Assembly (NCBI GenBank): GCA_963693365.1
Contig: CAVNZM010000002.1
Span: forward strand, 3,550,259-3,614,258
Reading direction: 5' to 3'
DNA from: Amoebidium appalachense
Taxonomy: Eukaryota > Protista > Ichthyosporea
Length of the DNA stretch: 64,000 nt
Shown here: one piece after another, positions 23,980-53,709 of the stretch
Layout of the letters: each line of letters starts with the position of its first letter
How positions within the stretch are numbered: position 1 is the stretch's first letter
The notes under the pieces: model-generated
Seen by the model: the letters and a program-made list of their open reading frames with translations, nothing else
What the model was told of the DNA's origin: nothing
Databases searched by the model: none
Made by a program: the position numbers and the translations under genes

Positions 23980-26293
23980 ACTATTGCGGGGTTTATTTGT
24001 ATTTGTGCCCAGGGGAGAAGGGGAGAGAGAGGGGAGGAAAGAGGGGAGAGGTGAGGAGGGGACAGGTCGGATAGAGAAGCAGCAGCCCGAACCACTATGC
24101 CTTTTAATTATGCTCGTATTCGTATGTTTCTACGCAAAATTTACAGGCAGACACCTATTGTACATACTAACAACTCCGTTTACTCCCCGGGCTCTAAAAC
24201 TTGTTTGTTGAGGTGGCAGTCCAAGTGAAAGCCTACGGTAGCACTTTCCCGCCAATTCTTTATCGCGACCATCCGATTGCATATTGTTTTTGATTGGTGC
24301 ATAATCCATATATGGCAAGTTTTGTCACACAATCAAATTCCAAGCAGTTTTCCGGGCCGTATATAAAGCGCCATCGCTTTCGGCCGGTGTAGGGCGCTGG
24401 GTATTCTATCTGCCCTGTATCCGCCCGCTGTGTCTTGCTCGCCTTCGGGAGGGCACGTACTCCTCTTTCTATGCTCTGCCTGGCACCCACTCCGTGCAAA
24501 CGGAGGCGTCGGTGCGCTCCCTAATATAATACCCTTTCTTTTTTCTTTCTTCTTTTTTTTTTTTGGCCTCTCTTTGTGTGTCCACACACACGGTCACACA
24601 CCACTCAAATAGAGGGCTGTGTTCGCACATGCGCACACAAGGGGAGCTGGCCGCTCTCCTCAGCTGCATCCTCCTTGACTATCGAAAACATCAAATAAAG
24701 CTCATTTTTTGGCTCGTGCTAGCTAGCCACATGGCATGGCGAGCCTCTCAAAAGAAATTACGTTGTATTGTAGCTACAGTTTTCACTATAGCTAGTCTCC
24801 GAGGCTATGTAGCCACTGGCTTACGTAAGTGGCCGACGCCGCGGGTCGCCTGCAGCAACATACAAGGTATGTTGAGCCGGACCGCAGGGAGACAATCACT
24901 CAAAGTGAACAAGCTTTCACACTTAAAGGCATTTCCAAGTAATTGGCTGATGTAACAACTCGTCGATCTGTAACAGCAAGTCGACCCAAGCCTACCTGCA
25001 GCCGATGCAGCTCAAGCAGTCATCGACTCAAGTTGTACTCCTTCCTCCTTCCTCTGTCCTCATATAGTATCTGCTCTCTCTGTACAGTGTTCTCGTTCTG
25101 CCACCCACTCCATGCAACCAAAGGCGTGGCGCGCTTGCTTAACCCTTAAAGTTTCTTTTTGTCTTTTTTTGCCTGTGTTTCTTTTTCAATACAAGCTGCT
25201 GTTAGCGGGTGAGTCACCGGGGCAACACTGACCACACACGCACACACACCCCGCCAACTATGTTCCTCTTCAAACTTCAAACTTCACCAGCCTCCCTCCC
25301 ATCCCACGAGCCTTGTGCCCACCCCCAACCCTTTAATTCCAACACCCATGTGCCGCAGTCATCCCTTCCCAACCGACCAACCACCACCCTCCAGCAGCTG
25401 CAGCAACCCCATGGCCCCAACGACCCGCACCGTGCCACTTCAAGACCATCCACAGCCCCAACACACACATGTACTGGTGCGCCTGTTCCCGCACACCTCA
25501 AGCGGATGGGCCACTATCTAAGGGCAAAGACACTGCCCCAGGATGAGAGGGCGGTGGGTGGCTTCAAGCGACAGGCCTGGAAGGAGGGAGGCGAGGGACC
25601 ATTGCAGCGCAGACCTCACCTGCTACCGAACGAAAATGGTCGTGCCGGCGCAATTGCAAATACCGTAACGTGCAGATGTGTCACGTCCTACGCCCACCAA
25701 ACCGAATGGTGTGCGTGCAGAGCTTGCGTGCAGCGCCTGGCTGTGTAGCCCCAAACAGCCCCATGCAACCCCAAGGACACGGCAAGGTCTAATCCGGGAC
25801 ACCTGTGGACATCGTGTAGTATCCAAAATTCCTGAATGTGCCCAAAAACCCAAGATATAATGCACATGTATACGTATCAGGCATAATGTAGGTATTCCCA
25901 TTACCCATACACGTGATTGCATAGAGATATAGCACGCTTTCCTATAGCCCTGTGTTTCTTCTCTTCTTGCTTCTTTGACTGGCTTGACGGTGTGTGCATT
26001 ACCTGGGCAAAAATACCACCCACATACAACCCCTGCTGCATTAATACTCCCTGAATGCAAAACACACATCCTTATAAGGACGGATGCAACCAGCCCACAC
26101 CATACACCCAGGCGCACAGTAGCCACCACCACACTTAACAAGATGTGATACACGGGTATGACTAGGCACTTTGTGCATCTCACAACCCAAATCCCCACAG
26201 GACCATTACACCCCGTTAGACCCCCATCAGGGCCTAGCCCAATCTAAATGCAATGGATTCTCCCCCCCCCCCCCCCCCCCCCCCCTTCCCCCT

Positions 26294-29279
26294 TGTTGGA
26301 GTGCAGACTTACGCTCACTCCACAATATGTGTATGTTAGCTTTACAATTGGTTCCGTGTACATAGACACATGCTGACACTCGATCACCACATGCACATCT
26401 GCATAGTTGAGGAATGTTGCCAATTGTGTTTTGACTGCAAACGATTGGTTCACTGGTCCCAGAGATCTCTAAATGAAAGTAACCAATCCGATTAGCGCCT
26501 GGCATCCGGATTACATTCCAGACTGCTGCCCCACGGGTATATAAGCCACGTCTCTGCCAGGTGCAGACATGGAGTTAAGTCATGGAGTTAAGTCATGGAG
26601 TTCAGTCATGGAGTTAACACACTGAAAGCAGTAAAAAACGGGTCAGCGCCCAAGCGCGCCACGACGACCCTAGTCACAGCGGACTCTACTTCCAACAGGG
26701 TTATGGGCCCAGACACGACACCGCGGCCTCTAACTTCATTAGAGACTTTCGCTTCCACAAACTCCATCCGCAGCAGCCTGCGACATCAACGTCAAGTATT
26801 CCACTTCATTGGCGGGGCACGCACCACAGTGGAATGCACACCCCGGTCTACCCTGCAAGCAGCCACACTCACTCTCTCTTCTCTAGTGGTGTGTACACTT
26901 CTCCAATTGGGTAGGGGTGTTGGAGTGCAGACTTACGCTCACTCCACAATATGTGTATGTTAGCTTTACAATTGGTTCCGTGTACACAGACACACGCTGA
27001 CACTCGATCACCACATGCACATCTGCATAGTTGAGGAATGTTGCCAATTGTGTTTTGACTGCAAACGATTGGTTCACTGGTCCCAGAGATCTCTAAATGA
27101 AAGTAACCAATCCGATTAGCGCCTGGCATCCGGATTACATTCCAGACTGCTGCCCCACGGGTATATAAACCACGGCTCTGCCAGGTGCAGAAATGGAGTT
27201 CAGTCATGGAGTTCAGTCATGGAGTTCAGTCATGGAGTTAACACACTGAAAGCAGTAAAAAAAACGGGTCAGCGCCCAAGCGCGCCACGACGACCCTAGT
27301 CACAGCGGACTCTACTTCCAACAGGAAGAGAGTTGCATCCGACTGTGCAACTACGTGTACCATACTAAAATTGAGTAGGGGAATCTTTATTGTCTGTATT
27401 TTGTGCACCTGAAGCACTCGAGCTCAGTTGCATTAATTCATACCACAATTATCCAATTGAGTAGGGGTGTTGGAGTACACTGGTACTCCCGGCTAGCAAT
27501 GTCTGTTAGAGAAAGTTTCTGAGCAATTGAATAACTGTTTCAACACTCACTCGAGTGCATAGAGCTTTTGTTTACGGTCATATTCATATATGGTAGTTAT
27601 ATGTTTGAGCCAAAACTGTACCAATGACGAGCTTCACTAGCAACGTGCTAATTGTGCTCTCTTTTCGGCTATTCCCGGTTCAGATGATGTCATGTCTATA
27701 TTTGCCACAGGATTCTATTCTTAGAGTGGTAGTGTGCTTTATTCCCGGATATTCTCAGAATATTTTTAGTTGTGTGAAGCAAGATTTACGTTTAACTGCA
27801 ATTGGTGTGTTAAACACGTTTATTTGTGTGCTTTAGTGCAAGTTAACTAGCCACTCAACGTGCACAGTTAACTTTTATATCTTTAACGACTTGTTTTCAT
27901 TGTGCTCTCTTTTCGGCCATGCTGTACATGGCCCACCACCAGGGTGCACACGAGGCCACCATGAGGTGGCCAACGACTATATAAAGCAGTGCCTCCCATG
28001 TCACAAACATGGGAAGCAGAACGTTTGATTTACACTTTTCTACTGTCGTTTCCAGTGCACAAAACACATAGACTAGTTACCCATCATACACGACACTATG
28101 TCTGACAACTTACAGTTGCAGCAACTAGTCCAACTACTGGAGCAGAGGTTGGCCTCACAAGATGCAATCATTTCTGACTTACAGAAGGAACAACGTGCAC
28201 TAGAACTAGCTTCTATGAACACAATGTCCAACAGGGTTATGGGCCCAGTGTTGGAGTGCAGACTTACGCTCACTCCACAATATGTGTATGTTAGCTTTAC
28301 AATTGGTTCCGTGTACACAGACACACGCTGACACTCGATCACCACATGCACATCTGCATAGTTGAGGAATGTTGCCAATTGTGTTTTGACTGCAAACGAT
28401 TGGTTCACTGGTCCCAGAGATCTCTAAATGAAAGTAACCAATCCGATTAGCGCCTGGCATCCGGATTACATTCCAGACTGCTGCCCCACGGGTATATAAA
28501 CCACGGCTCTGCCAGGTGCAGAAATGGAGTTCAGTCATGGAGTTCAGTCATGGAGTTCAGTCATGGAGTTAACACACTGAAAGCAGTAAAAAAAAACGGG
28601 TCAGCGCCCAAGCGCGCCACGACGACCCTAGTCACAGCGGACTCTACTTCCAACAGGGTTATGGGCCCAGACACGACACCGCGGCCTCTAACTTCATTAG
28701 AGACTTTCGCTTCCACAAACTCCATCCGCAGCAGCCTGCGACATCAACGTCAAGTATTCCACTTCATTGGCGGGGCACGCACCACAGTGGAATGCACACC
28801 CCGGTCTACCCTGCAAGCAGCCACACTCACTCTCTCTTCTCTAGTGGTGTGTACACTTCTCCAATTGGGTAGGGGTGTTGGAGTGCAGACTTACGCTCAC
28901 TCCACAATATGTGTATGTTAGCTTTACAATTGGTTCCGTGTACATAGACACATGCTGACACTCGATCACCACATGCACATCTGCATAGTTGAGGAATGTT
29001 GCCAATTGTGTTTTGACTGCAAACGATTGGTTCACTGGTCCCAGAGATCTCTAAATGAAAGTAACCAATCCGATTAGCGCCTGGCATCCGGATTACATTC
29101 CAGACTGCTGCCCCACGGGTATATAAGCCACGTCTCTGCCAGGTGCAGACATGGAGTTAAGTCATGGAGTTAAGTCATGGAGTTCAGTCATGGAGTTAAC
29201 ACACTGAAAGCAGTAAAAAACGGGTCAGCGCCCAAGCGCGCCACGACGACCCTAGTCACAGCGGACTCTACTTCCAACA
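26294..29279 (+). mobile_element. Composite copia-type TRIM (four ~405-bp LTRs) with 5-bp TSD CCCCT
   Basis: LTRs TGTTGGA...TCCAACA at 26294-26697, 26918-27323, 28249-28655 and 28876-29279. PBS GGGTTATGGGCCCAG at 26698 and 28656; PPT TTGGGTAGGGG before 26918 and 28876; 220-bp internal regions. CCCCT at 26289-26293 and 29280-29284. Confidence 0.93.
27468..28233 (+). mobile_element. LTR of a second copia family (766 bp) with upstream PPT and downstream PBS
   Basis: TGTTGGA start and TCCAACA end; preceded by ATTGAGTAGGGG and followed by PBS 28234-28248. TATATAAA at ~27978; coiled-coil ORF from ATG 28098. Confidence 0.85.
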
Positions 29280-29869
29280 CCCCTCCCCGCCCCGGAGGTC
29301 CCCGGGGGCCGTGACCCCAATAGTATAGCACTGTATTTGATGTCTGACAATATGGACCATGGGACGAAGTTGAGGAATACCTTCAATTACAAGTTTAAAA
29401 TATTTTTGTACATAATAGAGGGATCCGGGCCTCCTGGGACTGGTGTCCACTTAAATACAGTACGGCCCTCTGAATAGGGCCGTAATATTTGGCCTTAATT
29501 AAAAGGTTAAACAAAAATATAAATTGAATATATATAAGAATAAGAAGGCCTCACAAGACCGGTACGTGTCAATCCAATTGCATGTAAGACCATGAACATA
29601 AGGTGAGCTGCAGCATGCACGTGGCTACACGCCTAAACCTCAATCAAACAGTTCACTTGCAGGATTTTAACGGTAATAATTTATACAGAAACACAAATGA
29701 TTATGCGAATATATCCGTTGCATTGACCGTATGTATGTTAGGGCCTAGGGTGGTTTTCAGATGCTAGGAACTAACTCCACGTGGCACCACATCTTCATAT
29801 CACTCCCAGCGAGTCATTCTAGATTTCCTCAAGCTTTCCCGGGTCTCTGCAATTCTTTTTGGCCGGTGC

Positions 29870-29908
<39 letters not shown>

Positions 29909-30133
29909 GGAGGGGAAGGGGGAGGGGTGATGTGTGCATTAAATCAGCAGATGAAAACTGGTGGTGGTGACAGTTGGGGGGTGCACACATGTTTCCCCCC
30001 AACTATCACCACCACAAGCTTCAGGTCGCATAGCACTGTGTGCATCTGTTCGTATGACTTACGTAACGCCCCTACGTGTGTGGGTGTGTGTGTGTAGCCG
30101 GGGGGAGGGGAGGGGGGGAGGGGGGGGGGGGGG

Positions 30134-30201
<68 letters not shown>

Positions 30202-31079
30202 GAGTGACAGATCTTGGGGAGAGAGAGAGAAAGCAACAGAGTAGAGAAAAAGAGAGACACGGGGGGAGGGGGGGGGGGCGAGAGAGAGAGGAGGGGGAGG
30301 GGGAAGGAGGGAGAGAGGGAGGGAGAGGGATCCATCCAGCGAGAGAGGGGGAGATATCTTGAGAGAGATCCAGTGACAAAGGGCGAGATATGGAGACGGA
30401 GAGAGATAGAAAGAAAAGGGGGCACGGGGGGGGGGGGGGGGGGGGGAGGGGAGAGAGAGAGAGAGAGAGAAAGAGCCGCAGAGCGTGAGATAGAAACCGT
30501 GTAAGAGAGGGAGAACGGGGGGGGGGGGGGGGGGGGGGGGTTCTACGTGTGTGTGTGTGTGAGGTGGGGAGGAAGGTGGAGAGGAGGGGAGGGAGATCTA
30601 GAGAGAGATGGAGAGAGAGAGAGGTGTTTTTGGGGGGGGAAGGGGCAGGGGGGGGGGAAGAGAGAGAGAGAGAGAGAGAGCTGAGAGGTGGGGGGGGGGG
30701 AGGGGGGGGTTATAGGTGGTTTAGGCCATTCATCATCAAATTGGTTAGTTTATACATAGACATTTTAGATACTATTTAGGGCCGCAGCTACAATAGCCCT
30801 CGGAGGGGTGGGAGGTAAGAGGGAGGGAGAAGGGGGCGGGGCTGAGAGGGACAGGGGGGTAGGTGGGTGGGTGGGTTGGGGGCGGGGGGGGGGGGGGGGG
30901 GGGGGGGGGATGGGGATTCGGATGGAGCCAGAACCCGGTCCGTGCGCACAGCTAGCCTGTCAGAACCCGGGCCGGGCCCAGAGGGACTGGGGGGGGGGGA
31001 GAGGGGGATGGACCGCAGGACATGCCATATACAATGTTGATGGTGAGCACATCGATGACGGCCATGGGAAGACGCGCGT

Positions 31080-31235
31080 GTGTTTGCACGTGTGCGGTCA
31101 CATGTACACGTGTGTATGTGCATGTGTGTGTGTGTGTATACACGCGTATACATCGTTGTCGAATATGTCGGCATTTAATTTCTGTAGCTGTGTTGCAAGT
31201 ACGTGTGTGTGTGTGTGTGGGTGTGGGTGCGTGTG

Positions 31236-31272
<37 letters not shown>

Positions 31273-31710
31273 GAGTGTGTGTGTACACGTTTGTACATGT
31301 GTCTGTGTGTGTGTGTGTGCGTGTGTTTGTGTGCGTGTCTGTGTGTGTGTGTGTGTGTGCGTCGTGTGTGTGTGTGTGTGTGCGCGTGTCGCGTGTATGC
31401 CTGTACATGCGTTTACATATTTCTATGTGCGCGCGCGCGTGTGTGTGTGTTTGTGTGTGTCCGTGTGTCTGTGTGTGAATGTACGTGTGTGTGCGTGTGT
31501 ACATGTGCCTGTGCACGTGACGTACCTGTGTGTGCGTGCGTGCCTGCGTGTGTGTGCCTGCGTGCGTGTGTGTGTGTGTGTTTGTGTTTGTGTGTGCGTG
31601 TGAGCGTGTCTTTGTGGATGTGTGCCTCTTTATTTGTGTGTGTGTGCGCGTGCGTGCGTGCGCGTGTGCGTGCGTGCGTGCGTGTGCGTGCATGTGTGCG
31701 CGTGCACATG
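31080..31710. repeat. Degenerate (TG)n/(TGCG)n microsatellite field
   Basis: Seen directly. Confidence 0.9.
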
Positions 31711-32406
31711 ATATGATGAATTGAACAGAAGTGTGCGGTGCAAAAGGAAACATGACATCATTTCTCTCCTCCCAGTCAACCCAACTATTGGACAATAAAA
31801 AAGCACAGACCTGTTGATTGGGTAAAACGAGCACTGGCACCCAAATAAGCCATAAATGGCTTTCTACGCTGCATTGGGATTCGTACTCAGTTCGCCACAT
31901 GGCGCGTATTTCTGTCAGGAGAGGTGGGGCAAATATTCCTCTCTTGGGCAACGGATTGAGTACGCAAATGTTGACTTAGCTTTCTGTATACTTACGTTGA
32001 CATACATTCTATATCACTATCAAACTAACTGTTATACGCAATATTTGTCAAGAGCAGATTATAGCTAACGTGTGTGAACAGTTCGTATTTGCCACCTTTC
32101 TTTCTCCACCACAATTAAATAAACGGCTACAATTAGTAATCCTCCGTTCTGTGAAGCCTTTGCTTCGCCCTAGCATTGAACAATCAGGTATATAAACAGG
32201 CCCAACTTTCGGCTCACACAGTTTCGGCTTCCCGCAAATCCGCTGAATCCGCACCCACACAACTCTTCACAGAGCGAGCATTCTCATAATCAGCTTTCAC
32301 TAACCCCCACTTTTGCTCAAAAAAGTGTATTCACTTGCTTGAATATTGCCCTTTTTTCTTCTCCCCTCTGCCTTCTTTACCTTTCACGTCCGCCACGCTT
32401 TCAAAC

Positions 32407-40391
<7,985 letters not shown>

Positions 40392-41029
40392 TTTGTAGAA
40401 CCAGCGTGAGACACTGTGGGATAGGGGTGTGTGGTAATGATGGGGGGCTATTTCAATATCGGTGTATGGGAGAGAGCGGCGTATTCAAAAGCATGGCAGA
40501 AACGTGTAGGTTTAGGCGTATAGGCAGGTGTATCCGTTCATATGTGCGCGGGTTGCAACATATGTGTGCACAAAGGTTGGGGGAGAGGGGGGGGGGGACC
40601 GGGTTGTTACTGTGGTGGTCTTTACCTTTCCTCTTTCATATGTTTGTGTGTATGTAGGTGTGTGTTGTGTGTCCGTGTATGTGCCCACGCGCACTTGTGT
40701 GTGGGTAAGAGATGGGGGGGGGGGGGGGAGGGGGGGGGGAGGTAAAGAATACAATAGCAGCCCCTATTGCTGAATATAGCCCTTACGCAGTCATATGTGC
40801 ACTGTGTGTACAGGAACGAATCGACATGGCATATATATACATATGGTAGAGACAATGGTAGGCAGTGGCTGTTAAACATGGACTATAAAAGAGCAAGAGT
40901 GCATTAACTTAATGCACGTGCAAATTCAGGGTTTTATCTTAAAATTAACACGGCAAATGCTATACAGTTTTTAAAAGTTACGGGTTTGTTAAATGACAAT
41001 AAAGAGTGGCCAGGTGTCAGCGAATCCCC

Positions 41030-41060
<31 letters not shown>

Positions 41061-41072
41061 ACAGCCAATTCC

Positions 41073-41103
<31 letters not shown>

Positions 41104-41234
41104 ACACACACACCATTTGTGCACATACTCCCCCCTCCCCCCTCCCCCCGTGCAGAAGCACGTGCGCTCGTTCGCACACACACGACGTCCTTACACGCAA
41201 CCTCGTGCACAAAATGGAAAAAGAAAAAAAAAAA

Positions 41235-41294
<60 letters not shown>

Positions 41295-41509
41295 GGCCCG
41301 TGGGCATTCGCCCTGCACCAGTAAACCCTTTGTTCGTTCAATACTGTATATCGAGGTTTTGACCGGTTACAAAGGTTCTTCGATCGCGAATGATCAGAAA
41401 AACAGGTACAGCAGGGCTCCCCCTGACGCTTCCCGTCTCTTTCAATTGATCATGAATTCCCGTTGACTCAGAACACCTCCCCTGGGCCCCTCTTATTCTC
41501 TAAGTTTCT

Positions 41510-41624
41510 TTTATTTTATCCCGCTTTGTTCCTGGAGGGACCCCTTGGGGCCTCAGGGGGAACTACCGTCTTCCAACCAGCACCGACAGTACTCTAGCTA
41601 GGGTGCTACGGTATTATTAGCTAA
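41510..41624. repeat. Dispersed ~120-bp hairpin repeat (copy 2 of 808-928)
   Basis: The terminal ~39 bp are identical to 890-928. Confidence 0.85.
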
Positions 41625-41752
41625 GCCTCTTGTTTTTTAAGTGTGGTTGAATTTTTTTTTTGATTTCATGGTTTTTACTTTTTTTTGCCACGGAGTACGT
41701 CGTACATAGGTGTGCGTGCGTGAGTGTGTGTGTGTGTGTGTGTGTGTACCAG

Positions 41753-41783
<31 letters not shown>

Positions 41784-42413
41784 ACAGTGGTGGTGGTGGT
41801 GGCTGGCTGGCGGGCGGGCGGGCCGGCGGGCGGCCGGGCGGGCGGGCGGGCGGGCGGCCGGGGGCGGACAGACGGGTTGGCCCGGGAGGGGAGTGGGGGG
41901 GGGGGGGGGGGGGGAGGGGGGTGGGAGGAGGGGGAACGGGGAGAGGGGGGGGGGGGGGGGGGGAGGAGGGGGGAGGGGGAGACGGGGAGGGGAGGGTGCG
42001 TGCATGCGGGGGGGGGGGGGGGGGGGGGGGGGGGAGGGGGAGGGGGGGGAGACGGGGGAGGAGGGCGCCTGCCTGTGTGGCGTGTGTTGTGCCCGGCCCC
42101 ATAGATGATCAGCAGGACAAACTGCTATTCAGCACAGAAATAACAGAAATTATTTAGCTCTTGCACAAAGCAGCCTATCCTGGCCGAGGGGCCGAGGGGC
42201 CGGGGGGGGGGGGATGCTGCTGAAATTCAATTATTTCTGTTACAACAGATTTGAGTGTCTAGTAGATGATGACGTCATAGCAGACAGACTACAAACCTCG
42301 GGTGTTTTACACGTGAACTAAGCACTGATTACGTTATAACTGCCCAGTACGTTTGTTTTGGCGCCGTTCATAGTAGCAATGTGCTGACCTTTACCACAGC
42401 CAAAACAACAAAC

Positions 42414-50935
<8,522 letters not shown>

Positions 50936-51818
50936 AGCACTGCATACACACACACACACGAGCACACATATGCACGCGCAGACGCACATGCACACACACA
51001 CACACACACAAAATCACACGTGCACACATACACGTGCAGATGCACGTGTATGGTATAACGTTTCGCATAGTTGCAGGAGAGGCGGAAAATGCACAGTCTG
51101 TCCCCCCCCAACAACAACAAAGCATCAATTCTAGTTACCATCTTGTTTCTTTCTGAATGCATGTCCGCTTGTTGCATCCAAACGATGTTTGAGTTTCGGC
51201 GAATGAATGATGCATGTGCACATACAATGGCTAGTGAGTGCACACGACAGACACATCTATACTACCGGACACACCCAATAAGCACACACACGCACTGCAC
51301 TCGAAAAAATATATGCCAAAACCATTGCATGTAATGCACATCTTTGAAACATAGTTTCTCTGGGCATGCATGTAACTATGGCGATTTGGGCCGAAGCTTG
51401 CCAATCTGGCAAAAATACTAAACCTTTCAGTAAGTATTAAATTTGTAATCATTAAGTGCTACTGCTTCTGGCTTAGGTCGTTGAGAATTAATTGGTGGGT
51501 GGGTGGGGATTTGGTTACCCGAGCTTTGATTTGATGATTCTTACTTTGAAATTTCGACATCGTATTTAGTTGTCGGCAGAATGAAGTCAGTACTTGCAGA
51601 AATCAAGCTATGTGTGTAATGGGCGAATGGCATGGTTCTCAGCGAATGGATCTGTAAACAGATTGTGGCAAAAACACAGTACATCAAGCTGTGATATCAA
51701 ATGTTTCCCACTTACAGTCGCTTTCTGCCTGCCCCTTCTCCCCCCTCCCCCCACCCACCCACCCACCCACCCAGCCCCCTCCCCCCCCCCCCCCCCCCCC
51801 CCCCACCTCTCAGCCGCG

Positions 51819-52097
<279 letters not shown>

Positions 52098-52603
52098 ATG
52101 CAAAAAGAAGTGCACGAGTCTTTTTTTGTACGTTTTGTGTGTGTGTGTGTGTGTGTTTGTGTGTCACACAGCGTGTGTACATGTGTGGTGTGTGTGTGTA
52201 TGTGTGTGTGTGTGTGTGGTGGTGGTGGTGGTGGTGGGGGGGGGGGGGGGGGATCGTCAGTTTTCCAACTTTTGAAATGCAAAATATCGTGCACGGCAGG
52301 GGTTCTCGTCTAGTCATGCGCACAAGAGGAGTGGTATTCAAGCAATAAAGGAGCATTGCCGGGATGTTCCTAGGCTTATATAGGATACTGCCACACACCA
52401 TGCCAGCATGCATACATCCATGTGCAGGGGTGGTTCACTATTGATGTATAACTCACTCTCATAATAGATATCCTAGTGCACATGTCTATCTATAGCTAGA
52501 GTGTACCGCCGGCGGTATGCGGAAGGGGAAGGGGGGGGGAGAGGCGCAAGGGGAGGGAGAGGGGGGCGGGGGGAGGGGGGGAGGCGGAAGGGGAGGAACG
52601 GGG

Positions 52604-52640
<37 letters not shown>

Positions 52641-53490
52641 GGGGAAGGGGGGAGGAGAGGGTGGCCATGGGGGGGGGGGGGGGGGCAGTGGGTGGGCCGC
52701 AGGGGAGGGGGGAGGGGGGGGGGGGGATGAAGGCTTTGGCAAAAACTGATGCCGCAGATGCTTATATCCCCACGTCCTCACCCCGGAGCCACTCCACCCG
52801 TCCACAAATCTGACACTGGTACCGTACACGCCTTCGGCACGCGAAAACACACATCCAGCTGCACACCGCGCCACACATCGATACACAGCCTGTGGCACAT
52901 GGGGGCGCACACACACTGGCCAGCCCTTCCGACGTACTCCTGTCCGGCGTAGGCCATATGTATGCTGGGTAGAGCTGGATCCAGAAATTTAACCTGGCGC
53001 CGGGCACATTTTATTACGTGGGCGGTTTTCCACCCAGTTCTACAAACTGTAAGGATCCGTGTTTGTGACCAATCCAATTGATTGTGTTACCTCTAGACAA
53101 CAGATGAAACTGGGCTTCGAAAACACGCACGAGTAATTATTCTGATGTAGTCATTTTCAGCTTCTCTTACGTATTCTTGGTTATTCTTAGACATTTTGAT
53201 ACACATTTAAACTATTCCTGGTTACTCTCAGTCACAACATTTCTAGCTATCGAAGTACTTATTCTTGGCTACTCAAAATTGAAAAACGAGCATGAGAGCG
53301 CCACAAATCTTGATTGGGGGGCATATATTCACCAGTTTAACACAACTGCCGGTCTGACCATATTCGGGAAGCTATTCATAACATACATACATACACATAC
53401 AATAAATTATGTATGCAGTCGAACAACATCCAACATTCATATCAAAAAGCACCACCACCTACTTTTAACAGAGCAGATCCCTGGCGTAGA

Positions 53491-53525
<35 letters not shown>

Positions 53526-53709
53526 ACACACACACCCACACACAAACACACCCACACCCACACCCCACAAACACTCAAACATCGCCCTACCATTTCATAT
53601 TCTAAAAATCCCGAAACATAACAATCCAAACTCTTGTATGAATATTTGCAAATCTAATAAAATTTAATTAACTTTTCTAAAGTTATATTAAAAAAATAAA
53701 ACTATATTA

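Noticed and set aside
24230-26290. ORFs 24563-24955, 25209-25748 and 25623-26198
   Set aside because: No recognisable motifs or reliable splice structure.
26294-29279. CRISPR-like or satellite array
   Set aside because: The repeats are ~405-bp TG...CA LTRs with PBS, PPT and TSD. The internal 13-bp CATGGAGTT(C/A)AGT triplet has no spacers.
53177-53605. 142-aa + strand ORF
   Set aside because: It starts at a non-ATG codon, ends in microsatellite and has no recognisable domain.
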